Positions 26,946 to 36,427 of a stretch of DNA of 60,097 nucleotides are shown in pieces (position 1 is the first letter of the stretch; each line of letters opens with the position of its first letter). The position numbers were made by a program, and so were the translations under genes. The DNA lies in the NCBI GenBank assembly GCA_003598025.1, contig QZKH01000006.1, positions 313,930 to 374,026 on the forward strand. Reading direction: 5' to 3'. Source of the stretch: Candidatus Omnitrophota bacterium (GTDB taxonomy: Bacteria > Omnitrophota > Gorgyraeia > Gygaellales > Profunditerraquicolaceae). A model generated the notes under the pieces. It was not told the DNA's origin. It did no database searches and saw only the letters and a list, made by a program, of their open reading frames with translations.

Positions 26946-28501
26946 ATTCTTTAGGTATATATTTTGGTCCTAAATTTATAACTATTGTGGAGTCTAAGGG
27001 TAAAAGGGTCTCTAAAATAGTAAATATACCCCAGTCAGCAATAGTTTCTTCAAATGTTGATGAAAAAGTGCCTGAAGAAGTCAGGACTGTAGCTGTTTTT
27101 AAAGATGAATTAAGAAGGAACAATATCACAGCATCTGAAGCTACTTTGTGCCTGCCCGGAAGCGACCTGTTAATCCGTACTTTCGAAATTCCTCAATTGC
27201 CTGCCAGAGAACTAAAAGACGCGATCAGGTTTGAATCAAAGAAATACATACCTTTAAAGCTTGAGGATCTGGTTATAGATTCTCAGTCAAAACTGGATAA
27301 GAACAAGCGAAACCAGGTTTTATTTGTAGCAGTAAGAAAAGATGTGTTGGATAAATATATCTCAGTTCTCAGTCAGCTTGACATAAAAATCAATTCAATA
27401 GAATACTCTGCTTTCAGTATATTGAGGTTTTTCAAGCTTAGTAAAATGGCTTATAAAGATACGGTAGCATTGGTTGCCATTGATGCTGAAGAGCAGGATG
27501 AGGCTAACTTCGTAGTTTTAGATAAGGATTTTCCTTTATTCAGCCGTGATATCTCTCTCTACAGCGAGCAAACAGAGGTTGAAGGCGCGGCAGTTGACCA
27601 GGCGCAACCAGCCACAGGCCCAAGCAGGCTCATGGATAAGCTTTCCAGTGAACTTAGGGTTTCTCTTGATTTTTACAACCGCAAGTTCCCAAACAAAAAG
27701 ATCAGCAAAGTATTTTTGATAAGCCCTCAGCCTTATATTGAGCTGGAAACATTTCTTAAAGAAATTGGCATAGAAACCCAGTTTGTCGATCCTCTTAAGT
27801 TCAGCGGTGCAGTATTATCTCTTGGCGGAGTAAAATCATTCGGTAGCTCTCTTTCAAAATCCGTAAATTCATCGGTAAAGATTAACTTGATGTCGGCCAA
27901 GGCGCATAAAGAAAAAGTTACCAAAATACCGGTTGCCTTAGACTTGCAGGGGATCTTAAAAGACGTAAAATTTGATGCCAGGTTTATATTTATAGGTATA
28001 TTTATATGTATTGGTGCGTTATTCTTAGGCGTATACCGTTCTGCGCCGTTACAGCGTGAGTTAAAAAGCATAAAAGCAATGAGCCCGCAGATCTCGGGCA
28101 TTCCGGCCAGTGCTTCTTATCAGGAGCTTGAGTCTTTAAAATCGGAATACCAGACAAAATTGAATGTGTTAAAAAAGGAAATCATAGACAGAAGAATATC
28201 TTTGACTGAAGCGCTTGATGCTTTGCCGCGTATTGTCCCCGGTTCCGTATATCTTAGAAAATTCAGTTTTGAAAAGCGGGATGACCAGGAAACCCATGAA
28301 TTAATGCTGGAAGGGGTAGTTTTTCCGGAGCAGGGCAAAAGTGATTTTGAGGTCGTAAATAACTTTATCTTAGGTCTTCAGTCTGACCCGGTTTTTAGCT
28401 CGTATTTTAAAAAGATTGAAGTAGTTTCCATGGATACAGCGGAAAATATGGTGGTTGGCTCAAAAGAGAAAACTACTAATTTTATAATTTCTTGCAAATA
28501 A
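26942..28501 (+). CDS. PilM-like (actin-fold) / PilN-like fusion protein
   Basis: 519 aa. The N-terminal ~330 aa has PilM-like layout, followed by one TM (FIFIGIFICIGALFLGVY) and then a coiled-coil with a PilN-like periplasmic domain. Confidence 0.6.
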   Translation: MNSLGIYFGPKFITIVESKGKRVSKIVNIPQSAIVSSNVDEKVPEEVRTVAVFKDELRRNNITASEATLCLPGSDLLIRTFEIPQLPARELKDAIRFESKKYIPLKLEDLVIDSQSKLDKNKRNQVLFVAVRKDVLDKYISVLSQLDIKINSIEYSAFSILRFFKLSKMAYKDTVALVAIDAEEQDEANFVVLDKDFPLFSRDISLYSEQTEVEGAAVDQAQPATGPSRLMDKLSSELRVSLDFYNRKFPNKKISKVFLISPQPYIELETFLKEIGIETQFVDPLKFSGAVLSLGGVKSFGSSLSKSVNSSVKINLMSAKAHKEKVTKIPVALDLQGILKDVKFDARFIFIGIFICIGALFLGVYRSAPLQRELKSIKAMSPQISGIPASASYQELESLKSEYQTKLNVLKKEIIDRRISLTEALDALPRIVPGSVYLRKFSFEKRDDQETHELMLEGVVFPEQGKSDFEVVNNFILGLQSDPVFSSYFKKIEVVSMDTAENMVVGSKEKTTNFIISCK

Positions 28502-28516
28502 ATACAGGATTGGAAT

Positions 28517-29059
28517 ATGGCTATTGATATCGGCAGGAACAAGAATAATCTGATTAACATCGCGGTGGTATTACTGGCTTTCGTTATTGCTTTTAACATT
28601 TATAAAAGCCAGAGTCGCTCTTTGAGCTTATTAAGGCAGAATATTGAAGATGAGAAAAGGAAGAATTCAGTTTCCGAAGAGGTTATTTTGCTGAAGAAAG
28701 AAGTCCTCAATTACAATAACTTCTTTAAACAGAATGACCTTAGTAAAATCATCAATATTATAGCCGGGATTGCCAAGGAAACAAATGTGCAGATTTTATC
28801 CATGAAGCCTGAAGAAAGCGTTAAGGCCGAACAAGACCTATATTACGAATACAGGTTTGACGTAAAGTTAAGCTGTAAAAGCTTTCATGATCTTGGCCGC
28901 TTTGTAAATAGGCTGGAGGATATGCCTGATGATATTTATTTTTCTATTTCAGGCCTCGGCATATCTTCTCCCTTTGCAGGCGGGGTAGTGAGCCAGACGC
29001 AGGCTGATCTGGGCTTAGAAGTAGATTTGAGTTTGAGGATTTATTACGTAAAGATTTAA
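28517..29059 (+). CDS. PilO-like pilus assembly protein
   Basis: N-terminal TM, coiled coil, then YYEYRFDVKLSCKSFHDLGRFVNRLEDMP, typical of the PilO C-terminal fold. Confidence 0.55.
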   Translation: MAIDIGRNKNNLINIAVVLLAFVIAFNIYKSQSRSLSLLRQNIEDEKRKNSVSEEVILLKKEVLNYNNFFKQNDLSKIINIIAGIAKETNVQILSMKPEESVKAEQDLYYEYRFDVKLSCKSFHDLGRFVNRLEDMPDDIYFSISGLGISSPFAGGVVSQTQADLGLEVDLSLRIYYVKI

Positions 29060-29079
29060 TTGTCATTCTGAGGTTAGAT

Positions 29080-29544
29080 ATGGGTAAGAAAAAAAATATT
29101 CTATTTTTTTCGGCGGTTTTAATATTAGGGTTAACGGCAGATGCCTTTGCGCAGGAAAACGTACTGAACCTTGACTTAGGAAGTATGCTTAAGCTTCCTA
29201 AGGAATATGCCGCCACTAACCTGAGGGACCCGTTTGAAAAGAGGTATAAGCAGGAAGAACAGAGGGCAGAAGAGGGCGCGTCAGGAGAGGCCGTTAATCT
29301 GCCGGAATTAAAGGTGCAGGGATTGATATGGGGCTCTGAATTGCCTCAGGCAATCATAAATAATAAAGTAGTTAAGGTTGGCGATACTATTTCCGGCGTA
29401 GAAATTCTGGAAATTAATGATAAGGGAATTACGGTATTATTTGATTATATAAAATATGATTTACCTGCTCCTGCGAGTGCTTATGTTACGGCGTTAACCG
29501 AAGCACAGACGCAGACAAAAGGAGGCCATAATGAAGAACGATAA
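29080..29544 (+). CDS. secreted PilP/GspC-like secretin-associated protein (tentative)
   Basis: Signal peptide. C-terminal beta-domain pattern VQGLIWGSELPQAIINNKVVKVGDTISGVEILEINDKGITV. Positioned just before the secretin. Confidence 0.35.
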   Translation: MGKKKNILFFSAVLILGLTADAFAQENVLNLDLGSMLKLPKEYAATNLRDPFEKRYKQEEQRAEEGASGEAVNLPELKVQGLIWGSELPQAIINNKVVKVGDTISGVEILEINDKGITVLFDYIKYDLPAPASAYVTALTEAQTQTKGGHNEER

Positions 29545-31102
29545 AATCAGATTCTCTTTCTTAATCGCGGTTATGCTGATGCTTATGCCTGCAGTCGATT
29601 CCAGGGCCAATATGGATGCGCTTTATATGGGAGTAGACAAAACTATTTCCATGGATTTTCAGGATGCAAGCCTGAAAGACGTGATTAAGGTTTTTGCAAT
29701 CCAGTCCGGCTTGAATTTCGTTGCTTCTGAAACCGTTCAAGACAGGAGAATAACGCTTTATTTTGATAAAGTTCCTTTGAAGGAAGCCATGGATAAGATA
29801 TTTAAGGCCAACAGCCTTAGCTATGATTTAGATAAAGATTCAAATGTGTTCGTAGTCAAGGATTACGGTATGCCGCGTATTGAGACCGAGACTAAGGTTT
29901 TCTATCTGAAATATGCTACAGTTTCCAGTTCTTCTCTTAAGGAAGAGATGTCGAACAATCTTACCGGCGATAAGCAGAGCTCGGAGTTAGAGAGCGATTC
30001 AGGCTCTGGCGGCACTGAAGAAAAAGGCAAGTGGAAAATTGAAGAAGACTCAGGCATTACCCAGATTATCAAAAAGATGTTATCAGAATATGGTTCAGTT
30101 GTTGAAGACTATCGTACTAATAGCTTGATCGTAACAGATATACCCAGCAAAATGCCGATAATTACAAAGGCAATCGCAGCTTTGGATATTCCGGCTCCCC
30201 AGGTTATGCTTGAGGTAGAGATGCTGGATGTTAGCAAAAATTCAGTAGATAAACTGGGTTTCAAATATGGGCAAAGCCCCTTTACGGCTATTTTAACCGG
30301 CGCAACCAGATATACAACATTCCCCTTTAGCAGTTGGGTCGGCGGAGATCATAACGAGGGCACTACCAATCCTGCCGGGACCATAGCCACAGGCAATATC
30401 GCTATTAATACAGGCAATAATACATATAGTATAATTATGGATTTCTTAAAAACACAGACAGACACCAAGTATCTGGCCAGGCCCAGGATACTTACCTTAA
30501 ATAATGAAACTGCAGAGATAAAAATTTCAACTAATGAAACTATAGGTGTTACGGTCCAGACTTCTACTACCGAAGGTACTGCTCAGACTTCTCAAGGTGT
30601 CCCGGAAAGGACTTTAACCGGCGTTACGTTGAGAGTTACGCCTCAGGTTAACCTGGAAACAGGCGAGATTACAATGTTTGTTTTACCGTCTGTAAAAGAT
30701 ACCTCCACGAGCACATTCACGATACAGGGTAGCTCTACACAATTTTTCAGAGACCCGGAAGAGCGTTCTACTAAGTCAGTCGTCAGGGTTAAAGACGGCG
30801 ATACTGTTGTTTTGGGAGGATTGATCAGGAACCAAACCACAGAAGTAGTTACTAAAGTCCCCATTTTAGGCGATGTGCCGGTATTAGGTACTTTATTCAG
30901 GCATAAGTCAAAAGACCCGGGTAAGCAGAGAGAGCTTTTGGTGTTTATCACCCCGCGTATTGTCAAAGAAGATAATAAGATAGAATTAGCTCAGGTGGCC
31001 AATGTTAATACCCCAGATAGAGAGCAAAGCTTTTTTACAGTCGCTGACCGTCAATCAAATATCACCTCAGTTCTGGATAAATTCGACACCAAAAAGAAAT
31101 AA
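29531..31102 (+). CDS. type II/IV secretion-system secretin (PilQ/GspD family)
   Basis: Signal peptide, N-domain repeats (RTNSLIVTDIPSKMPIITKAI), and the secretin core VPILGDVPVLGTLFRHKS...RELLVFITPRIV. Confidence 0.9.
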   Translation: MKNDKIRFSFLIAVMLMLMPAVDSRANMDALYMGVDKTISMDFQDASLKDVIKVFAIQSGLNFVASETVQDRRITLYFDKVPLKEAMDKIFKANSLSYDLDKDSNVFVVKDYGMPRIETETKVFYLKYATVSSSSLKEEMSNNLTGDKQSSELESDSGSGGTEEKGKWKIEEDSGITQIIKKMLSEYGSVVEDYRTNSLIVTDIPSKMPIITKAIAALDIPAPQVMLEVEMLDVSKNSVDKLGFKYGQSPFTAILTGATRYTTFPFSSWVGGDHNEGTTNPAGTIATGNIAINTGNNTYSIIMDFLKTQTDTKYLARPRILTLNNETAEIKISTNETIGVTVQTSTTEGTAQTSQGVPERTLTGVTLRVTPQVNLETGEITMFVLPSVKDTSTSTFTIQGSSTQFFRDPEERSTKSVVRVKDGDTVVLGGLIRNQTTEVVTKVPILGDVPVLGTLFRHKSKDPGKQRELLVFITPRIVKEDNKIELAQVANVNTPDREQSFFTVADRQSNITSVLDKFDTKKK

Positions 31103-32818
31103 ATGCCTAAATCAAAATACCTGAAATTGGGAGAACTCTTGGTAAAAGAGAACCTTTTGACCGAATCCCAGTTGGAGAAGGCTATTAGCGTCCAAAGGCA
31201 GGAAGGCCTTCGTCTAGGGGAAATAATAGTCAAATTGGGCATGATTAAGGAAGACCAGCTTGTATCTGTTTTAGGTAAACAGCTGGGTATACCTTATTTT
31301 AGTTTTGGGACCGGCATGCTTAAGCCAACCTCTGATCAGGGGTTGGATCAATTGATCCCGCAGGAATTCGCGCTGAAAAATTCAATTCTTCCGTTATCAA
31401 GGACCTTGAATTCATTGACCGTAGCAATGGCAGATCCTTTAGACCTGATACTTATCGATAATCTGAAAAAACTGACTAATTGTGATATAAACCCTATTAT
31501 TGCTACAAAGACTGATATCCAGAAAGCAATCGAAGAGTTTTATGGTAAATCGAGGATGCTTGAAGAAGCAGTGGAAGCCTCATATGACATAGACAGCTAT
31601 TCAGTTGAGAAAGATGCAAACGTTGAGCAGGAGCTAAGCCTTGATAAATTGATCGCCCGCGCAGAAGAGGCACCGGTTGTAAAGCTGGTAGACCTTATAA
31701 TCAGGCAGGCGATTTCAGAACGTGCATCAGACATACATATTGAGCCTTTTAAAGACAGGATATCCTTAAGGTACAGGATTGATGGTAAGCTTTATGAGAT
31801 TCCTCCTCCGGCAAAACACCTGCACCTTCCGATAATATCAAGGGTCAAAATATTGAGTAAGCTTGATATTGCGGAGAAGCGCCTCCCTCAAGATGGGGCT
31901 ATTTCGGTAAAAATTGACGAAAGGCAGATCGACCTGAGAGTTTCTACTATTCCTACTATTTACGGTGAAAAAGTGGTTATGAGGATCCTGGACCGTAGCG
32001 CTGTTGTGCTTGACTTAGGAGTGATGGGGTTTGAGCCTAAGCAATTGGAAGATTTAAGAAGGTGCATAAAAGCGCCATATGGGCTTATTTTCTTGACCGG
32101 CCCTACGGGTAGCGGGAAAACAACCACACTTTATGCCATATTAAATGAGATTAAGAGTCCGGATAGCAACATAGTCACTATTGAGGATCCGGTTGAGTAT
32201 AAACTTGATGGTATAAATCAGGTGCAGATAAAGCCGGATATCGGCCTTACTTTTGCTGCGGCATTAAGGAGTTTTTTAAGGCAGGACCCGGATATTATGC
32301 TGGTAGGCGAGGTCAGGGATCTGGAAACAGCAGAGATATGTATGAGATCAGCCCTTACCGGGCATTTAGTTCTAAGCACCCTGCACACAAATGATGCGCC
32401 TTCAGCGGTAAGCAGGCTTATTGATATAGGAATCGAGCCGTATCTTATAACTCCTTCCTTAATTTGTGTTGTTGCGCAGAGATTGTTACGTAAACTTTGT
32501 CCCGAATGCAAAGAGGCTTATGAACCGACTCCTGAACAACTTGGCGGAGTTAAGCTTAATAGTGATTTGATTTATAGGGCTAAAGGCTGCTCTAAATGCA
32601 GCCAAATAGGGTATAAAGGCAGGACGACAATTTCAGAAATCATGGTGATGAACAATGATATCAGGGATTTAGTATCGCAAAGGGCATCATTTCAGAAAAT
32701 AAAAGAAGTAGCCAGGGCAAAAGGCATGCAGACTTTATATGAATCCGGGATAAGAAAAGTAGAATTAGGTATTACATCTTTAGAGGAAGCGCTTTCGGTA
32801 ACATTAGGAGTGGAATAA
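31103..32818 (+). CDS. GspE/PilB-family assembly ATPase with MshEN-type N-domain
   Basis: Walker A GPTGSGKTT, Asp/His boxes, tetracysteine CPEC...CSKC, and an N-terminal duplicated 24-aa motif. Confidence 0.95.
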   Translation: MPKSKYLKLGELLVKENLLTESQLEKAISVQRQEGLRLGEIIVKLGMIKEDQLVSVLGKQLGIPYFSFGTGMLKPTSDQGLDQLIPQEFALKNSILPLSRTLNSLTVAMADPLDLILIDNLKKLTNCDINPIIATKTDIQKAIEEFYGKSRMLEEAVEASYDIDSYSVEKDANVEQELSLDKLIARAEEAPVVKLVDLIIRQAISERASDIHIEPFKDRISLRYRIDGKLYEIPPPAKHLHLPIISRVKILSKLDIAEKRLPQDGAISVKIDERQIDLRVSTIPTIYGEKVVMRILDRSAVVLDLGVMGFEPKQLEDLRRCIKAPYGLIFLTGPTGSGKTTTLYAILNEIKSPDSNIVTIEDPVEYKLDGINQVQIKPDIGLTFAAALRSFLRQDPDIMLVGEVRDLETAEICMRSALTGHLVLSTLHTNDAPSAVSRLIDIGIEPYLITPSLICVVAQRLLRKLCPECKEAYEPTPEQLGGVKLNSDLIYRAKGCSKCSQIGYKGRTTISEIMVMNNDIRDLVSQRASFQKIKEVARAKGMQTLYESGIRKVELGITSLEEALSVTLGVE

Positions 32819-34074
32819 TGGCTAAATATTTTTATACAGCCAGAGATGCTACTGGCAAAAAAGTCATAGGTTCAGAAGATGTGCCAAGTGAGGATGAGCT
32901 TATAAGCAGGCTGCAGGCGCAAAATTTAATTGTTATAGATGTCTCATCAGCCTATAAAGAAGGCGTAGTAGAACCCAAAGCCGTTACTGAAAAGAGAGAA
33001 CAAACCAAGATAAAATTTCATTCAAAAAAAGGCCATGGCAGGGTTACTACTCAGGATCTTATGCTTTTCTGCCGGCAGCTTACAACCTTGCTTGGCGCCG
33101 GCGTTACTATCCTGAAGAGCCTTGATATCATAACTAAACAGGTGTCAAGCCGGAAGCTATTTGAAGTAATAAAGGGCCTGCAAAAACATATGGAAGCGGG
33201 TTTGAGCCTTCATGAAGCAATGGCTAAATTTCCTAAAGTATTTTCTGAATTATGGGTTAATCTGGTTGAAAGTGGAGAGGCCAGCGGTAACTTGCCGGTT
33301 GTTTTAAACAGATTAGCTTCTTATCTTGAGAGAAACGCCGCTTTTAAAGCGAAAATAATTTCAGCTTTGATTTATCCTTGCATACTCCTGGTTGCCGGAA
33401 CAGGAGCGCTCTTGTTTTTAACAATTAAGATTATCCCGACTTTTGCCGAAATATTTGATAGTTTTAACGTCACTCTGCCATTTATAACATTGATGCTGAT
33501 TAAGACCAGCGATATCTTGCGCAAGTACCTGGTTGTATTTATAGTAATCGTTGTTTCCGGTTATTTTACTTTCAGGCAGTATATACGCACCCCTATGGGC
33601 AGAAGGCAATGGGAGTCATTTTTATTGAAGCTGCCGGCTTTCGGCGATTTTTACAAGGCGCTACTTACCGAAAGGTTTTCTTCAGAAATGTCAACGCTTA
33701 TTGAGAGCGGTGTGCCGATAATGTATGCTTTAGAGATAGTAGAGCGCAGTGTCGGTAACCTGACCATGGGCGATATCATAAAAGACATAAAAGAGGCGGT
33801 AAGAGACGGTAAATCATTAAATAAGCCTTTTGATGACAGCGGTTTCTTTGAGCCGATGGTGACGCAAATGGTAAGTGTTGGCGAAGAAATCGGAGAATTG
33901 CCCCAGATGTTTAAAAGGATCAATACTTTTTATCAGGAATATGTTGAGACGGCGCTGGCGCGTTTTACTTCCATGTTTGAGCCGCTGATGCTGGTTTTTA
34001 TAGGTGGAGTAATCGGAATTATGGTCGTAGGCATGTTTTTACCCATATTTAAGTTAACGCAGATGCGCGGATAA
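32818..34074 (+). CDS. GspF/PilC-family platform protein
   Basis: 418 aa. Two T2SSF repeats and three TM segments. Start coupled to the ATPase stop (TAATG). Confidence 0.95.
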   Translation: MAKYFYTARDATGKKVIGSEDVPSEDELISRLQAQNLIVIDVSSAYKEGVVEPKAVTEKREQTKIKFHSKKGHGRVTTQDLMLFCRQLTTLLGAGVTILKSLDIITKQVSSRKLFEVIKGLQKHMEAGLSLHEAMAKFPKVFSELWVNLVESGEASGNLPVVLNRLASYLERNAAFKAKIISALIYPCILLVAGTGALLFLTIKIIPTFAEIFDSFNVTLPFITLMLIKTSDILRKYLVVFIVIVVSGYFTFRQYIRTPMGRRQWESFLLKLPAFGDFYKALLTERFSSEMSTLIESGVPIMYALEIVERSVGNLTMGDIIKDIKEAVRDGKSLNKPFDDSGFFEPMVTQMVSVGEEIGELPQMFKRINTFYQEYVETALARFTSMFEPLMLVFIGGVIGIMVVGMFLPIFKLTQMRG

Positions 34075-34079
34075 AAGCA

Positions 34080-34108
34080 TTGCTTTCATAATAACCTTAT
34101 TATATAAT
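34080..34108 (+). promoter_or_regulatory. promoter candidate for the major pilin gene
   Basis: TTGCTT (34080-34085), 17 nt spacer, TATAAT (34103-34108). Confidence 0.35.
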
Positions 34109-34189
34109 ATATTTCGAAAGGAGGGATGAATACGGGATAAACTCGATTTTTTCTTCTTTTAAAATCATTTTATAAAGAGAGGAGTTCAA

Positions 34190-34615
34190 ATGAATAAGAA
34201 AGGTTTTACGCTTTTGGAATTAGTAGTCGTCATAATTATTTTAGGTGTTTTAGCTACGTTGGGTATTCAACAGTATGGTAGAATGGTTGAAAGGTCAAGA
34301 GGCGCTGAGGCGCGTACCATTTTAGGCCAGATACGTTCAGCTGCAGCAGCATATCAGTTGGAAAGAGGTAATACCAACGGGTTTAATGCTGTGCATGCCG
34401 GCATAGGAAACTCTATTGACCAGGTTCCGAACGCTTGCAGGACCACGCATTTCTTTAGCTATGCAGTGGCTTCTACAGCTACGACAGTTACAGGAACAGC
34501 AACCAGATGTACGTCTGGCGGAAAGACTCCTAATGCTGCTACAGCCCTTACCCTTAACTTAAACTCCAACTTTGCTTCCGGAGCTGATACTTGGGGTGGC
34601 ACAGGCGGTTATTAA
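34190..34615 (+). CDS. type IV pilin / major pseudopilin (prepilin N-terminal cleavage/methylation domain)
   Basis: MNKKG|FTLLELVVVIIILGVLATLG is a class III signal with Glu5. 141 aa. Own promoter candidate and a downstream hairpin. Confidence 0.85.
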   Translation: MNKKGFTLLELVVVIIILGVLATLGIQQYGRMVERSRGAEARTILGQIRSAAAAYQLERGNTNGFNAVHAGIGNSIDQVPNACRTTHFFSYAVASTATTVTGTATRCTSGGKTPNAATALTLNLNSNFASGADTWGGTGGY

Positions 34616-34632
34616 TCGATAGTGATTATATT

Positions 34633-34665
34633 AGGAGAGGGCGTAAGTTTCTTACGCTCTCTCCT
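34633..34665 (+). terminator. strong intercistronic stem-loop after the major pilin gene (attenuator/partial terminator)
   Basis: 15-bp stem AGGAGAGGGCGTAAG / CTTACGCTCTCTCCT with one G-U pair and loop TTTC. No clear U-tract. Confidence 0.45.
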
Positions 34666-34681
34666 AAATTTGGGAGAGAAT

Positions 34682-35089
34682 ATGAATAAAAAGAGTTTTA
34701 CTCTTCTGGAGTTGCTTACAGTAATCGTAATTATCGGGGTTTTATCAACTCTGGGGATTAACCAATTTCGCGCAGCCAGAGAAATGGCTTTACAGCGAGA
34801 GGCAGTAGCTAATGTGAGATTAATAGCAGCTGCTGAACGCATAAGCAGGATGGAAACAGGTGCTTTTGCAGCATGCACTTGTACGACTGCAGCAAATTGT
34901 ATTGCCGCAACAGGTTGTAACACACTTTTACGTCTTCAGCTTAATACTACTAATTGGGATTATTCAGTAACAGTGACTGCAACTAATTTTGTAGTAACTG
35001 CAGTAAGGGGAACTTGTACTTATACATACAATTTTTCAACGGACGCAATTAGCGTTAGCGCCGGATGTTCATATCATCCTCCTTCATAA
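34682..35089 (+). CDS. second type IV pilin / GspH-like pseudopilin
   Basis: MNKKS|FTLLELLTVIVIIGVLSTLG. The start is set at the internal ATG (34682) preceded by GGGAGAG. Confidence 0.8.
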   Translation: MNKKSFTLLELLTVIVIIGVLSTLGINQFRAAREMALQREAVANVRLIAAAERISRMETGAFAACTCTTAANCIAATGCNTLLRLQLNTTNWDYSVTVTATNFVVTAVRGTCTYTYNFSTDAISVSAGCSYHPPS

Positions 35090-35091
35090 AT

Positions 35092-35472
35092 ATGCATAAC
35101 ATATGCAAAGAAAAACTTTCCAGAGGGTTATCAATGATGGAGATACTCGTATCTTTGGCTATACTCTCCATAGTTGTAGTCGGCCTGATAAATGTTTTTG
35201 TCGCCAGTAAAGCTTTGGTCCTGCATAACAGGAACCGTATGGCAAGCGGCCAGTTAGGCAGGGCTTTTTTAGACCCCCTGCAGTTAGATGTGAACCAGTC
35301 TACCTGGGGGGCTTCCTGCTTGACTTCAGGCGCAGGTTGCGTGGGAGCCCAGAATATTAATATCGGCGGCCGCAGTATAAACTTCACTCCTAATTATACA
35401 AGAGCTCTGGATACTCCGGCTACCGGAGTTAACAGAGTTGTCGTGACCATTAACTGGGACGATGATGAATAA
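35092..35472 (+). CDS. minor pseudopilin (GspI/PilV-like)
   Basis: LSRG|LSMMEILVSLAILSIVVVGL is a degenerate prepilin signal with Glu at +5. About 126 aa. Confidence 0.5.
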   Translation: MHNICKEKLSRGLSMMEILVSLAILSIVVVGLINVFVASKALVLHNRNRMASGQLGRAFLDPLQLDVNQSTWGASCLTSGAGCVGAQNINIGGRSINFTPNYTRALDTPATGVNRVVVTINWDDDE

Positions 35473-36136
35473 ACAAGATAACAGTGCGATAACCCTGATT
35501 GAAATCTTAATCGGAGTAGTTATCCTCGGTGTTATTGTCCTGGGCATGGCCAGCATTGATTCGTTCACCAATTATCATTTCTTTAGTTCTGACAGAAGGG
35601 CTAAGGTCCAAAATGACGTATCTGTTATTTTAGACCATATGAATAAAGAGATTACAAGAGCCATCGGAAATGAGCTTATTAACGGGGCTAACACAGTGCT
35701 TAATGTAAATCCTTTTCCTAGCGGTGATTCGGCCATAAGAGTTTATATTGATGCAAGCGGTAACGGCCAGAGAGAGGCTCCTCAGAACGGCCCGGCGGCA
35801 AACGAGGACCATACGATATATTACAGGCTAAATACTTCTGGTGCTACTCAAGAATTTGAGTTTTGCCAGATTGCCAGAAGGGGGCCTGAGAATGCTAATT
35901 CCACAAATTGTTTATCAGGCCAAGATATTGTATTGGGCACGTCTATAACTGAACTTACCATACTTCCTACCCCTACGACTTTTAATGCATCAGGCCAGCT
36001 GCAGGAAAATCATATCCGGATTCGTTTGACCGGGTGTTGGGACCCGGACGGTACTCCTTATGCATGCGGAGAAGCAATCAATCCTACGGTTTCGATGGAG
36101 ACCACAGTAGTCATGCCATCGGTTTCTGTGAATTAA
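35462..36136 (+). CDS. minor pseudopilin (GspJ/PilW-like)
   Basis: DNS|AITLIEILIGVVILGVIVLGM prepilin-like N-terminus. 224 aa. Confidence 0.55.
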   Translation: MMNKQDNSAITLIEILIGVVILGVIVLGMASIDSFTNYHFFSSDRRAKVQNDVSVILDHMNKEITRAIGNELINGANTVLNVNPFPSGDSAIRVYIDASGNGQREAPQNGPAANEDHTIYYRLNTSGATQEFEFCQIARRGPENANSTNCLSGQDIVLGTSITELTILPTPTTFNASGQLQENHIRIRLTGCWDPDGTPYACGEAINPTVSMETTVVMPSVSVN

Positions 36137-36241
36137 CCCCCCTATAATTAATGCACATTTTTTCTAATATTGCTTTATAATTATTAGGATTTGTGATAAA
36201 TTAATCGCATATTATTTAATTAAGAAATCTTAGAACGTCGG

Positions 36242-36314
36242 GGGGCTGTAGCTCAGTTGGGAGAGCACCTCGTTCGCAACGAGGGGGTCGGGGGTTCAAC
36301 TCCCCCCAGCTCCA
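36242..36314 (+). tRNA. tRNA-Ala (anticodon CGC)
   Basis: Manual cloverleaf: acceptor GGGGCTG/CAGCTCC with the G3:U70 Ala identity pair, D-arm GCTC-AGTTGGGA-GAGC, anticodon arm CCTCG-TTCGCAA-CGAGG, T-arm GGGGG-TTCAACT-CCCCC. CCA is not encoded. Confidence 0.9.
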
Positions 36315-36427
36315 CTTCAAATTTTCCGACAAGGAAAATTTGAAGTGGCACTAAACGAGCGTAAAACGGTCCGACAAGGACCGTAGCGAGTTCAGTGCCT
36401 TGGATTTTGATTTTCCGACAAGGAAAA
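36312..36427 (+). repeat. three hairpins sharing a CC-GACAA-GG apex downstream of tRNA-Ala
   Basis: Hairpins at 36312-36348 (16-bp perfect stem overlapping the tRNA 3' end), 36366-36384 (ACGGTCC GACAA GGACCGT) and 36411-36427 (TTTTCC GACAA GGAAAA). Confidence 0.85.

Noticed and set aside
34126-34140. Mini-ORF MNTG-stop in the pilin leader as an independent feature.
   Set aside because: It is too short to support as a gene. It is mentioned only as part of the pilin-leader observation.
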